From assembly GCA_014237365.1 (NCBI GenBank), contig JABZFQ010000263.1, forward strand, positions 1 to 51,764: DNA of 51,764 nucleotides, written 5' to 3'. This document shows, one piece after another, positions 19,119 through 29,066 of this stretch. Source of the stretch: Desulfobacteraceae bacterium. Lineage in GTDB: Bacteria > Desulfobacterota > Desulfobacteria > Desulfobacterales > ETH-SRB1. The notes below the pieces were generated by a model that saw nothing but the letters and a program-made list of their open reading frames with translations, did not search any database and had not been told where the DNA came from. Each line of letters begins with the position of its first letter. Positions within the stretch are counted from its first letter, which is position 1. The position numbers and the translations under genes were made by a program.

Positions 19119-20375
19119 ATGATTCAATTAATTAGAGGATTCAAAGATATTCTCCCTGGAGAAGTTGAGATCTGGCAAAATATAGAAAAAACTGCCCGTT
19201 TACTTTTTGAAGATTTTGGATTTAAGGAAATCCGACTGCCGATTCTGGAACGTACTGAACTTTTTGCAAGGAGCATTGGAGAGGACACTGATATTGTAGA
19301 AAAAGAAATGTATACTTTCCCTGACAAAAAGGGAGATCTTATTACACTACGGCCGGAAGCTACAGCATCTGTTGTTCGTTCATATATTCAGCATAAAATG
19401 TATGCAAAGGATCCTGTGCAGAAATTTTATAGCATAGGGCCAATGTTTCGCAGAGAAAGACCACAGAAAGGAAGGTATAGGCAATTTTATCAAATCAATG
19501 CCGAAGTGTTTGGTATAGATTCGCCATTTATGGATGCACAGCTTATTTTTCTGGCTGTGAAACTTTTTTCCATGCTTGAAGTAACGGACGCAAAACTCCA
19601 CATAAATTCATTGGGTTGCCCCAAATGCCGTTTAAATTTCAAGGAATCTCTTTCTGCTTTTCTTTCATCTGCAACAGAAAAATTATGCCAGGATTGCCTT
19701 AGAAGAAGCAAAAAAAATCCTCTAAGGGTGCTTGACTGCAAAAATTCTTCATGCCGCGAGGCTATGGTTGGTGCTCCTGCTATAATAAATTATTTATGTC
19801 CCGAATGCAGCCAACACTTTGAGGCAGTTAAATATGCGCTTGAAAAAGTTGAAATTCCATTTGTGATCGACAAACACCTGGTAAGAGGTCTTGACTATTA
19901 TACCCGCACTACTTTTGAAATCCAGGCAGGTTCATTAGGTGCCCAAAATGCCGTTGCCGGTGGCGGACGTTATGATGCTTTGGTAAAAACTTTAGGAGGG
20001 CCCGACCAGCCCGCAACCGGTTTTGCAATAGGCATTGACAGACTGGCAGAAATAACAGGACTTAGGAATAAAGACTTTACACAAAAGCCTGATATTTATA
20101 TAGTCGCGCTTGGCGAAAAAAGCAGATCTTTAGCTTTTGAATGGAGCTGCAATTTTGGTCTTGAAGGAATTCGGCCAGAAATGGATTTGAGCAATAGAAG
20201 CCTGAAAAGCCAGATGAAACGTGCAAACAGGCTTAAAGCCTCGTATGTGCTTATTGCAGGAGACAATGAACTTGAAGAAGGATCAGTTATTCTCCGGAAC
20301 ATGACAAGTAAAAAACAGATTTCAATTCCTATAGAAAGTTTAGTAGAAAAAATTAAAGCAGAAATTAAATTATAG
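19119..20375 (+). CDS. hisS: Histidine--tRNA ligase
   Basis: MIQLIRGFKDILPGE start, class II motifs (FRRERPQKGRYRQF, GGGRYD), 418 aa. Confidence 0.95.
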   Translation: MIQLIRGFKDILPGEVEIWQNIEKTARLLFEDFGFKEIRLPILERTELFARSIGEDTDIVEKEMYTFPDKKGDLITLRPEATASVVRSYIQHKMYAKDPVQKFYSIGPMFRRERPQKGRYRQFYQINAEVFGIDSPFMDAQLIFLAVKLFSMLEVTDAKLHINSLGCPKCRLNFKESLSAFLSSATEKLCQDCLRRSKKNPLRVLDCKNSSCREAMVGAPAIINYLCPECSQHFEAVKYALEKVEIPFVIDKHLVRGLDYYTRTTFEIQAGSLGAQNAVAGGGRYDALVKTLGGPDQPATGFAIGIDRLAEITGLRNKDFTQKPDIYIVALGEKSRSLAFEWSCNFGLEGIRPEMDLSNRSLKSQMKRANRLKASYVLIAGDNELEEGSVILRNMTSKKQISIPIESLVEKIKAEIKL

Positions 20376-20423
20376 AATATTGGTCGAGTGGGAAAATGGT
20401 TGAATGGTTGACTATTCTACTAA

Positions 20424-20576
20424 GGAACGTGGACGAATTAACTTCCGCAAGTAGGCGCACAGATTTGGGTCGAATTTGTTCGATCTCAGATCACAAAAGT
20501 TGAAGGAATAGCTTACCTATTTCAATATTTTTGTGATTTGAGACCGGACAAAGGCGGCCTGAAGCTGTGATGCATA
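20424..20576 (+). mobile_element. MITE-A copy 6, lacking the right terminal repeat
   Basis: TAA then GGAACGTGGACGAATTAACTTCCGCAAGTAGGCGCAC... through ...CTGAAGCTGTGATGCATA. It ends 12 nt before the aspS start. Confidence 0.85.
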
Positions 20577-20588
20577 GGAGTAAATGCA

Positions 20589-22385
20589 TTGTCAGATGAT
20601 ATACTTGGAGAAATGAGGAGAACACACAATTGCTGTGAGCTTGATGCAGCCTCAGTGGGCAAGGAGGTTGTGCTTATGGGATGGGTTCAGCGCCGAAGGG
20701 ACCACGGAGGGGTTATATTTATTGACTTGCGAGACAGGGAGGGCATAACACAGGTTGTTTTTAATCCCGAAAAAAATAAAAATATTCACGAAAAGGCTCA
20801 TGCAATCAGGAATGAATATGTAATCGGTGTGCGTGGAATTGTTGATCCAAGACCTGAAGGAATGACCAATCCGACCCTGAAAACCGGAGAAATAGAAATT
20901 ACGGTCGTTGAACTTAAAATTTTAAATGCAGCTAAAACACCTGCTTTTTTAATCGAAGATAAAATTGATGTGTCGGAAACAGTACGGCTTAAATATCGCC
21001 ATATTGATCTCAGACGCCCACAAATGCAAAAAAATATAATTATGCGTCACAAGGCTGCCGCATCAGTTAGGAACTATCTTGACAAACTCGGATTTCTTGA
21101 AATTGAAACACCTGTATTAACGCGCAGCACCCCTGAAGGCGCAAGAGACTATCTTGTCCCCAGCAGAGTTAATCCTGGCCAGTTTTATGCTCTGCCTCAA
21201 TCACCCCAGCTTTTTAAACAACTTCTAATGATCTCGGGACTTGACCGCTATTTTCAGATAGTTCGCTGCTTCAGAGACGAAGACCTGAGGGCGGACCGCC
21301 AGCCGGAATTTACACAAATAGATATGGAGATGTCCTTTGTCGGCGAAAACGATATCATGGCTATAACTGAAGGCATGATGAAAAAAATTTTTAATGATGT
21401 TCTTGGGATAGAAATCAACCCACCGTTTTTACGTCTTTTATACAAAGATTCGGTCAGCCGCTTCGGCCTTGACAGACCGGATATGCGCTTTGACCTTGAA
21501 CTTAAAGACATATCGGATATTGTTGAAAAATCAGGGTTCAAGGTTTTCTCCAGCGTTGTTAAAAAAGGTGGAATAGTCAAAGCGCTGAATGCAAAAGGCT
21601 GTTCATATTTTTCACGGAAAGAAATCGATGATCTTGCTGAATTTGTTGCAGTATACAGAGCAAAAGGCCTTGCCTGGATAAAAGTTAAGGAAGATACATG
21701 GCAGTCTCCCATAGCAAAATTTTTTACAGACCAGGAAAAAAAAGCTCTATCCAGGCGCCTAGAAATGGAACCCGGCGACCTTGTTTTTTTTGTTGCTGAT
21801 CAACCAAAGGTTACAAATGAAGCTTTGGGGTATCTTAGAAACCATCTCGGAAAAAAGCTAGGCATGATAGATGAAAATGAATTTAGTTTTGTATGGGTTA
21901 CTGATTTCCCTTTGCTTGAATACGATGAAACAGAAAAAAGGCTTCAGGCATTGCATCATCCTTTTACAGCTCCCCTTGAAGAAGATTTAAAACTTTTGAA
22001 AGACGACCCTCTCTCCGCAAGATCCAGGGCTTATGATCTTGTTTTAAATGGGTCAGAGATTGGTGGCGGAAGCATACGTATCCATAAAAAAGACCAACAG
22101 GAAAAGGTGTTTGAAGCATTGAATATGGATAAAAAAACTTATGAAGAAAAATTCGGATTTCTTCTTTCAGCACTTGATTCAGGAGCTCCCCCCCACGGAG
22201 GCATTGCATTCGGCTTTGATAGGCTGGTTATGATTCTTTGTGGACAGCCTTCTATACGTGATGTTATTGCATTTCCTAAAACCCAGAAGGCCGCATGCCT
22301 TCTCACAAATGCACCTGCAGCAACGAGCAAGGCTCAACTCGACGAGCTTTCGTTAAAATTAAAAGGAGATTTTGCAATTTCCTAA
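20589..22385 (+). CDS. aspS: Aspartate--tRNA ligase
   Basis: 598 aa. RTHNCCEL N-terminus, FRDEDLRADRQPEFTQID, GGGSIRIH, APPHGGIAFGFDR. TTG start with AGGAG 8 nt upstream, partly supplied by the MITE edge. Alternative ATG at 20613. Confidence 0.93.
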   Translation: MSDDILGEMRRTHNCCELDAASVGKEVVLMGWVQRRRDHGGVIFIDLRDREGITQVVFNPEKNKNIHEKAHAIRNEYVIGVRGIVDPRPEGMTNPTLKTGEIEITVVELKILNAAKTPAFLIEDKIDVSETVRLKYRHIDLRRPQMQKNIIMRHKAAASVRNYLDKLGFLEIETPVLTRSTPEGARDYLVPSRVNPGQFYALPQSPQLFKQLLMISGLDRYFQIVRCFRDEDLRADRQPEFTQIDMEMSFVGENDIMAITEGMMKKIFNDVLGIEINPPFLRLLYKDSVSRFGLDRPDMRFDLELKDISDIVEKSGFKVFSSVVKKGGIVKALNAKGCSYFSRKEIDDLAEFVAVYRAKGLAWIKVKEDTWQSPIAKFFTDQEKKALSRRLEMEPGDLVFFVADQPKVTNEALGYLRNHLGKKLGMIDENEFSFVWVTDFPLLEYDETEKRLQALHHPFTAPLEEDLKLLKDDPLSARSRAYDLVLNGSEIGGGSIRIHKKDQQEKVFEALNMDKKTYEEKFGFLLSALDSGAPPHGGIAFGFDRLVMILCGQPSIRDVIAFPKTQKAACLLTNAPAATSKAQLDELSLKLKGDFAIS

Positions 22386-22452
22386 AAAGATAAATATTTT
22401 ACTTGACTTCAACTAAATTTTTAGTAGATTATTAAGTTTTATATATAAATTA

Positions 22453-22528
22453 TCCCCAGTAGCTCAGTTGGCAGAGCGAGTGGCTGTTAACCACTAAGTC
22501 CGCGGTTCGAGTCCGTGCTGGGGAGCCA
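22453..22528 (+). tRNA. tRNA-Asn (anticodon GTT)
   Basis: Acceptor TCCCCAG/CTGGGGA, D-arm AGCTCAGTTGGCAGAGC, anticodon loop CTGTTAA, T-arm GGTTCGAGTCC, encoded CCA. Confidence 0.9.
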
Positions 22529-22537
22529 AACAAATAA

Positions 22538-22571
22538 AGGGGTTAGCCAAATCAGGTTAATTCCTTTTTTA
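22538..22571 (+). terminator. Rho-independent terminator after tRNA-Asn
   Basis: Stem aggggttagcc / ggttaattcct (11 pairs including G-U) followed by a T run. Confidence 0.55.
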
Positions 22572-22794
22572 GTTTGTGTGAAAAATTATGTGAGAAAAAT
22601 TTATTTCGCATGATTTGGTAGTCCCAACAAAACAGTGCAGGTGATTAAAAAGTATCTCTAAAAATATGAATAAAAAAGATTTTTGCTAAAAAATTAAGAT
22701 TGTTATAGACTAAAAGGAATATATTTTGTATGAGCATGGTTAAAACTCTATTCAAAGGAACGCAACCATGCAAAATCCAGCAAATACAGCCTTA

Positions 22795-22910
22795 GGAACG
22801 TGGACGAAATAACTTCCCCAACTATGCATCACAGATTCAGGCCACCTTTGCCCGATCTCAAATCACAAAAATATTGAAATAGCTAACTATTCCATCAACT
22901 TTTGTGATCT
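22795..22910 (-). mobile_element. MITE-A copy 7, truncated
   Basis: TTA then GGAACGTGGACGAAATAACTTCCCCAACTATGCATCA... through ...CAACTTTTGTGATCT. Confidence 0.85.
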
Positions 22911-22944
22911 GCACCCCCCATCACTAATCTCAACTAAAACTCAG

Positions 22945-22986
22945 GGTGGTAAATTTTCGGTTAGCACAGGTGGTAAATTTTCGGTT
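22945..22986 (+). repeat. Two 18-bp direct repeats (GGTGGTAAATTTTCGGTT) with 24-bp period
   Basis: Exact copies at 22945-22962 and 22969-22986, between the MITE fragment and the recD2 stop. Confidence 0.8.
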
Positions 22987-23017
22987 GTCACTTCTAGCAA
23001 ACACCAGGTTCTGCAAT

Positions 23018-25222
23018 TTACAATGTTGACAGTCTGTCTGCAAGCATGGAAAGACGCTGACGGGGTCTATCGTTTTTCAGGGCAATGTCCAGCGCTTTTT
23101 TCATGCCGATCAAGATTACCAGCTTTTCTCCTCTTGTAATAGCAGTATATAAAAGGTTCCTCTGAAGCAGGGCATAATGCTGTGTCATCATGGGTATAAT
23201 TACAGCGGGATATTCCGAACCCTGTGACTTGTGCACCGATATGGCATAGGCAAGAGATAATTCATCCATTTCCGTAAAATCATAACTTACTGCCCTTCCA
23301 TAAAAGCCAACTGAAAGTTCCTCTTTTTTACTGTCAATGGATATTACAGTACCTATATCTCCATTAAAGACTTCTTTCTGATAGTTGTTTTTCAGGTGCA
23401 TTACCTTATCGCCTGGTTTAAAAGAATTATTTATAGCATTAATTGTGACAGAGTTTGAATTTAATACCTTTTGCAGCACCTGATTGAGATTAATTGTGCC
23501 TACCACGCCCTTGTGCATTGGGGTCAAAACCTGAACATCCTTGACCGGATCAAAGCCAAAGCGTTCAGGGATGGCCCTTGTGCACAGTTCAGTAATTGTG
23601 GAGACAACTTTTTCAGGATTGTTCTGTTCTATGAAGTAAAATTCGGAAAGGTCGGCTGGTTCATTTATATGTTTGAGTAAAGGGAATTTACCTTTCAGCA
23701 CCCTGTGGGCATTGAGAACAATAGCGCTTTCCCTGGCCTGTCTGAAGATTTTCTTAAGATAGAAAACCGGTATAATGTCTGATTTGATCATGTCGTCAAG
23801 TACATTGCCCGGGCCGACGGATGGGAGTTGAAAAACATCTCCAACCATTATGAGCATTGAAGTCATGGGAATTGCATTCAGCAGATGAAACATCAAAAAT
23901 GTATCCACCATTGAGGCTTCATCAATAATTACTGCGTCTGCATCAAGGGGATTGTCCCGGTTTTTGTCAAAAAAATTATCTTTAAAATTATATCCCAGCA
24001 GCCTGTGAATGGTCTTTGCATTTCTGTGTGTTAATTCTGCCAGCCGCCTTGCCGCACGTCCTGTAGGGGCAGCCAGGCTGATTTGTTTTCCAAGAGCTTT
24101 AAATACAGCATTAATCGACCTGATCAGGGTTGTTTTTCCGGTTCCAGGGCCTCCTGTAATGATTACCGCCCGATGAGAAAATATTTTTTCAAGAACATTA
24201 AGCTGTTCCTGCGAGAGCTTTATGGCCAGTTTTTTCAGGACTTCATTTGATATTTGTTCCGTGTCTATTGTTTGAGGTACAACAGGAACGGACAAAAGGG
24301 CTTTAAGCCTGTTTGCAAGGCCTGCTTCCGCCTGGTGAAGGGCTTTCAAATAAACGGCTTTTTTATCCCTTTTTTTATCCGGGACTTCTACTTTGTTTTC
24401 AATAATTAGATCGCCGGAAGCTGAAAGATCTTCTATTGCTTGTTCAGTTGCTTCAGATTCTATTTGAAAAAGATTTTTGCAGCGTTCAGTCAGTTGATCC
24501 ATATAAGCGAAAACATGGCCATCATTTGCAAATTGCTGTATAAGATGGATAATACATGCCTTGGCCCTTTCCGGTTTATTTTCTAATTTTCCAAGCTTAA
24601 GCGCTATTGCATCTGCCATATAAAAACCGATACCTGGTATGTCATTTGCCATGCAATAGGGATTGCTTTGTATTATGTTCAGAGCATCCAGGCCGTATTC
24701 TTTTAGCAGTATAGCGGAATATGAGGTTTTTACTCCAGCTTCTTGAAGGAACTGCATTAAACTTCTTATTGCATGGTGATCTTTCCATGCATTGCTGATA
24801 GAGGCTGCTTTTGTTTTTCCTATTCCTTCTACCTCAAGCAGTTTTTCAGGGCAGTTCTCTATTACATTCAGGATGTCGGCTCCGAAGCACTTCACCATTC
24901 TGCCTGCCATCTTTGGGCCTATTCCCTTGATAATACCTGATTTAAGGTAATTTCTTATTCCTTCAACAGATGCCGGCAGAGTTACATTATAGGATTTGAT
25001 TCTGAACTGCTGTCCGTATTTGGGATGGGTTTCCCACGCCCCATTTATTTTCAGCGTTTCGCCAAGACTTACTCCTCCCATAAAACCTACAATTGTAACA
25101 AGATTATCTGTGTTGCCGTGTTTTAATTTTGCAATAATATAAAGGGTTTTTTTGTTAACATATGTAATTTGTTCGAGCTTGCCTTCAAGGACGGTTAAGG
25201 GAAGGGGTGTTTTCATTTTCAT
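23018..25222 (-). CDS. recD2: RecD2-type SF1B ATP-dependent DNA helicase
   Basis: HhH-rich N-terminal half, Walker A GGPGTGKTT, DEASMVD, C-terminal SH3-like segment and VHKSQGSE. The ORF track starts at TTG 25231. First ATG is at 25222. Confidence 0.85.
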   Translation of the reverse strand: MKMKTPLPLTVLEGKLEQITYVNKKTLYIIAKLKHGNTDNLVTIVGFMGGVSLGETLKINGAWETHPKYGQQFRIKSYNVTLPASVEGIRNYLKSGIIKGIGPKMAGRMVKCFGADILNVIENCPEKLLEVEGIGKTKAASISNAWKDHHAIRSLMQFLQEAGVKTSYSAILLKEYGLDALNIIQSNPYCMANDIPGIGFYMADAIALKLGKLENKPERAKACIIHLIQQFANDGHVFAYMDQLTERCKNLFQIESEATEQAIEDLSASGDLIIENKVEVPDKKRDKKAVYLKALHQAEAGLANRLKALLSVPVVPQTIDTEQISNEVLKKLAIKLSQEQLNVLEKIFSHRAVIITGGPGTGKTTLIRSINAVFKALGKQISLAAPTGRAARRLAELTHRNAKTIHRLLGYNFKDNFFDKNRDNPLDADAVIIDEASMVDTFLMFHLLNAIPMTSMLIMVGDVFQLPSVGPGNVLDDMIKSDIIPVFYLKKIFRQARESAIVLNAHRVLKGKFPLLKHINEPADLSEFYFIEQNNPEKVVSTITELCTRAIPERFGFDPVKDVQVLTPMHKGVVGTINLNQVLQKVLNSNSVTINAINNSFKPGDKVMHLKNNYQKEVFNGDIGTVISIDSKKEELSVGFYGRAVSYDFTEMDELSLAYAISVHKSQGSEYPAVIIPMMTQHYALLQRNLLYTAITRGEKLVILIGMKKALDIALKNDRPRQRLSMLADRLSTL

Positions 25223-25257
25223 CAAACCCAAGCCGGGATTAAATTGAAAGGATTCCT

Positions 25258-25821
25258 TTAATTTTCACTATTCACTATCCATTTGGCTGCATCTAAAAGA
25301 TTTGCAGCCACGTAGTCAGGGAAAATCTTTTTTTGTGCAAGGATTTTTTCAGCATCAACTCCGTTTCCTGTTTTTACCAGAATGCTGTGACCACATCCTG
25401 CATTACGGGCGCACATAATATCCTTTACGCTGTCGCCTACCATAACAGAATCTGCAAGATCAATATGATATGTTTTTTGGGCTCTGTGAATCAATCCAGG
25501 CTCTGGTTTGCGGCAGCCGCATGTGTCTTCGGGGATATGAGGGCAGTAAAATATGTCTTTTATCTCTCCTCCTCCTGACTTAAACGCTGACTTCATCATG
25601 GAATGAATATATTCAAGGCCGTCTAATGATACCATGTTTCGGTTTATAACCGACTGGTTTGTAATTATGATAACGACAAAGCCGTTTAAGTTAAAAAGTT
25701 TTATCGCATCAATACTACCGGGGATAAACTTAAATTCCGCCCAGTTCTTTATGTAATCAGGAGAATTCCTGTTTATAACGCCGTCTCTGTCCAGAAAAAT
25801 CACATTTTTCAGCAATTTCAA
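25258..25821 (-). CDS. gmhB: D-glycero-D-manno-heptose 1,7-bisphosphate phosphatase (HAD-IIIA)
   Basis: FLDRDGVIN, zinc motif CPHIPEDTCGCRKPEPG, VGDSVKD. Confidence 0.8.
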   Translation of the reverse strand: MKLLKNVIFLDRDGVINRNSPDYIKNWAEFKFIPGSIDAIKLFNLNGFVVIIITNQSVINRNMVSLDGLEYIHSMMKSAFKSGGGEIKDIFYCPHIPEDTCGCRKPEPGLIHRAQKTYHIDLADSVMVGDSVKDIMCARNAGCGHSILVKTGNGVDAEKILAQKKIFPDYVAANLLDAAKWIVNSEN

Positions 25822-25830
25822 CTCCCCCTA

Positions 25831-25914
25831 TAATCCCTAATCCCTAATCCCTAATCCCCTAAATCCCTAAATCCCTAATCCCTGCCCTTAATCTGCCCTT
25901 AATCTGCCCTTACT
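25831..25914. repeat. Tandem repeat block: (TAATCCC)4, (TAAATCCC)2, TAATCCC, then (CTGCCCTTAAT)3
   Basis: Read directly from the sequence. On the minus (sense) strand it is (GGGATTA)n with at least 8 G3 tracts. The last 11-mer overlaps the rlpA stop. Confidence 0.9.
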
Positions 25915-26665
25915 CTGCAACAATAAATGCATCATTAAATCCGTTGTCATTAAGATATTTTTCATACTCTGCTGCCTGTTCAAGATTTGAGCATTCCCCA
26001 AGCCGTACTCTGTAGTAGATCGCATCACCGCCGTCATAAGTTATTATGTGAGCGTTTCTGTATTGTTGAGCAAGTTTTTCCCTGAACCTTTCAGCATTTT
26101 GCCGATCGCGAAATGCGCCGACCTGAAATGTAAAATTTCCTGCATAATAGTTCACAGGAACATAAGTCCGGCGTTTATCGGTTTTGGGTTCAGATTCTCC
26201 GGCAACACCAAGAGCCACGATTTTGACCTTTGCCGTACCAGTCTCCACTATGCCTATTTTTTTTGCCGCCGCATAGGAAAGATCAATTATTCTGCCGCGG
26301 ACAAAGGGCCCACGGTCATTGATTCTGACCACGATTTTTTTATTGTTATGTAGATTGTGCAGTTTTACATATGTCCCAATCGGCAGAGTTTTATGCGCGG
26401 CAGAAATGGCATACATATCATAAATTTCACCGTTGGCGGTTTTTCTTCCATGAAATTTTTTGCCATACCAGGATGCCTTTCCAACCTGCACGAAATCCTT
26501 TGCGTCATGCAGCGGCTGATACCACTTGCCCATTACATTGTAAGGCCTGAATGTCGGGGAAATTTTTGATTGAACAGGAGGTGATTTTACCGTGGCACAT
26601 CCGTGAAATAAAAAAAGGAGAAGCACGAAAACAGCAAGGAAAGTAACGGAAGCTTTTAAGGCCAT
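25910..26665 (-). CDS. rlpA: Septal ring lytic transglycosylase RlpA family lipoprotein (DPBB + SPOR)
   Basis: Lipobox LFHGC, DPBB motif ASWYGKKFHGRKTANGE...RINDRGPF, C-terminal SPOR (FQVGAFRDRQNAERF). ATG at 26665 preferred over TTG at 26686, which overlaps lon. Confidence 0.85.
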   Translation of the reverse strand: MALKASVTFLAVFVLLLFLFHGCATVKSPPVQSKISPTFRPYNVMGKWYQPLHDAKDFVQVGKASWYGKKFHGRKTANGEIYDMYAISAAHKTLPIGTYVKLHNLHNNKKIVVRINDRGPFVRGRIIDLSYAAAKKIGIVETGTAKVKIVALGVAGESEPKTDKRRTYVPVNYYAGNFTFQVGAFRDRQNAERFREKLAQQYRNAHIITYDGGDAIYYRVRLGECSNLEQAAEYEKYLNDNGFNDAFIVAE

Positions 26666-26675
26666 TTGGCTACTT

Positions 26676-29021
26676 TCATAGAGCAATTTTCAGTACTTCC
26701 ATCATTTCATCAACAAAGTAAAATTGAATTTCTTCTTTTACCTTTTCCGGTATATCTTCTTCTAAATCTTTTTTGTTCCACTTTGGCATGATGATGGTTT
26801 TAATCCCGGCATGGTGGGCAGCAAGAACTTTTTCCTTTACGCCTCCAACCGGCAAAACCCGTCCTCTCAGGGTAATTTCACCGGTCATGGCAAGATCTTT
26901 TTTTATTGTTTTATTGGTCAGAAGAGATACAAGAGCTGTAAGTATGGTAACACCGGCAGAAGGGCCGTCTTTAGGTATGCCTCCTGCCGGTATATGTATA
27001 TGTATATCAACTTTATCAAAAAAATTTTCGGCGATTCCTATTTTAGAAGCATTTGCACGTATAAAACTCAAAGCTGCCGATGCTGATTCTTTCATGATAT
27101 CCCCGAGTTGACCGGTTAAGGCAAGGCCCCTTTTCCCTTTCATGGATGTAGCTTCGATAAAAAGTAATGTGCCGCCATTCATTGTCCATGCAAGTCCCAT
27201 GGCTATACCAGGTTTTGAAGGCCTTGCCCTGGCTTGAGAGGTAAAATGCACAGGGCCGAGAAATTTGTAAATATCTTTTACATTGATTTTTACTGATTTT
27301 GCTTCTCCTGCAACAATTTGAGTTGCTACCCCGCGACAGATGGTTGCAATTTCACGTTCAAGATTTCTTAAACCAGCTTCCCTTGTGTAGCCTGTGATTA
27401 TATTTTTTATTGAAGCATTTGTGAAAGATATTTGAGATGAATTGAGACCATGTGCTTCGCGTTGACGAGGTATGAGAAAGCGGTTTACGATTTTAATTTT
27501 TTCATCCAGGGTGTAGCCCAGCAGATGCAGTACCTCCATTCTGTCTTGAAGAGCTGGAGGTATTGTGTCTAAGATATTTGCAGTAGTTATGAACATAACT
27601 TTTGACAGATCAAATGGAACATCAAGGTAATGATCTGAAAAAGAAAAGTTTTGCTCCGGATCAAGTACCTCCAGCAGTGCCGAAGATGGATCACCGCGAA
27701 AATCACTTCCGACCTTGTCTATTTCGTCCAACATAAAAACAGGATTATTTGACTCAGCGCGTCTGATTCCCTGTATAATACGCCCAGGAAGAGCGCCAAC
27801 ATAGGTTCGCCTGTGTCCTCTGATTTCAGCCTCGTCCCTGACACCTCCAAGTGAAATTTTATGAAATTTGCGGCCTAAAGCCCGTGCTATTGAACGGCCA
27901 AGTGATGTTTTTCCTGTACCCGGAGGACCTGCAAAACAAAGGATCGGTCCCTTTGATTCAGGCTTGAGCTTTCGTACAGCCAAAAACTCTATAATACGTT
28001 TTTTTGGTTTTTTTAGTCCGTAGTGGTCATCATCTAAAACTTTTCTGGCCTTTTTTATATCTAATTTGTCTTTTGTGCTTTTATTCCAGGGCAGTGATGT
28101 CAGCCAGTCAAGGTATGTTGATGCCACAGTATATTCGGAAGAAGAAGGGTGCATTCGTGATAAGCGGCCAATTTCTCGTTCAGCCTCTTTAAGTGCTTCT
28201 TGAGGGAGATTTATTTCTTTAATTTTAGCCTTGTATTCTTCAATTTCAATACTTGTTTCATCTTTTTCGCCGAGTTCTTCCTTGATCGCTTCCATTTGCT
28301 GGCGGAGATAATATTCTCTCTGCTTTTTATTCATATCGCCTTTGACCTGGGACTGTATCTTGTTCCCAAGTTTAAGGATTTCCAACTGATAATTAACAAT
28401 ACGTGTGACTTCTTGCAGTCGTTTTTTTATGTCCAGGGTTTCTAAAACTTTTTGTTTTTCTTCCAATGTTGAATTTATGATCGAAGCAATCATGTCTGCA
28501 AGAATGCCCGGCACCTGTATTGATTTCGCCATAGAAAGAATATCAGGTGATAATCCCGGAGAAAACTCGACAACTTGAGTGAACAGGCCGGTTAGATTGG
28601 CCATAAGAGCATCAATCTCCTTGCTTTTTGTTTCTATATCCTGAAGATTTTCTACCCTGGCCTGCAAGTAAGGCTTTCCTTTTATAAAATCTTTTACTTT
28701 GAATCGGCCCAAACCTTGTACAAGTAATTGTGCCTTATTGTCTTCGATTTTTGCCATTTTAAGGATAAGTGCGGTTGTACCGAATTTATACAAATCATCA
28801 GGAGTATGTTTTGTTTTTACATTTGAATTCTTGGATAGAATGAGTCCGATGGTTCTATCTTTGGACATTGCTTCATCTACCAGTTGAATGGATTCGCGCT
28901 GCATTATAACAAACGGCACAACCATTTTGGGGAATAAAGTAGCATCAAATAAAGGAAGAATTGAAAGTATTTCCGGGAGTTCTCTACTTTCAAAGTCCAA
29001 TGATGGTTGTTTATCTGTCAT
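26676..29021 (-). CDS. lon: ATP-dependent Lon protease (endopeptidase La)
   Basis: 781 aa. LON N-domain, Walker A GPPGTGKTS, catalytic PKDGPSAG. Confidence 0.95.
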   Translation of the reverse strand: MTDKQPSLDFESRELPEILSILPLFDATLFPKMVVPFVIMQRESIQLVDEAMSKDRTIGLILSKNSNVKTKHTPDDLYKFGTTALILKMAKIEDNKAQLLVQGLGRFKVKDFIKGKPYLQARVENLQDIETKSKEIDALMANLTGLFTQVVEFSPGLSPDILSMAKSIQVPGILADMIASIINSTLEEKQKVLETLDIKKRLQEVTRIVNYQLEILKLGNKIQSQVKGDMNKKQREYYLRQQMEAIKEELGEKDETSIEIEEYKAKIKEINLPQEALKEAEREIGRLSRMHPSSSEYTVASTYLDWLTSLPWNKSTKDKLDIKKARKVLDDDHYGLKKPKKRIIEFLAVRKLKPESKGPILCFAGPPGTGKTSLGRSIARALGRKFHKISLGGVRDEAEIRGHRRTYVGALPGRIIQGIRRAESNNPVFMLDEIDKVGSDFRGDPSSALLEVLDPEQNFSFSDHYLDVPFDLSKVMFITTANILDTIPPALQDRMEVLHLLGYTLDEKIKIVNRFLIPRQREAHGLNSSQISFTNASIKNIITGYTREAGLRNLEREIATICRGVATQIVAGEAKSVKINVKDIYKFLGPVHFTSQARARPSKPGIAMGLAWTMNGGTLLFIEATSMKGKRGLALTGQLGDIMKESASAALSFIRANASKIGIAENFFDKVDIHIHIPAGGIPKDGPSAGVTILTALVSLLTNKTIKKDLAMTGEITLRGRVLPVGGVKEKVLAAHHAGIKTIIMPKWNKKDLEEDIPEKVKEEIQFYFVDEMMEVLKIAL

Positions 29022-29066
29022 GGATACCTCCGGAGTCTGTTTCTTAAAACTTTAATTGTAAATCTG

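Noticed and set aside
25831-25914. A genuine telomere or replicon end because of the TTAGGG-like repeats
   Set aside because: The block is internal, only 84 bp long, and sits between two ordinary co-directional chromosomal genes. It fits the genome's general heptamer-repeat habit instead.
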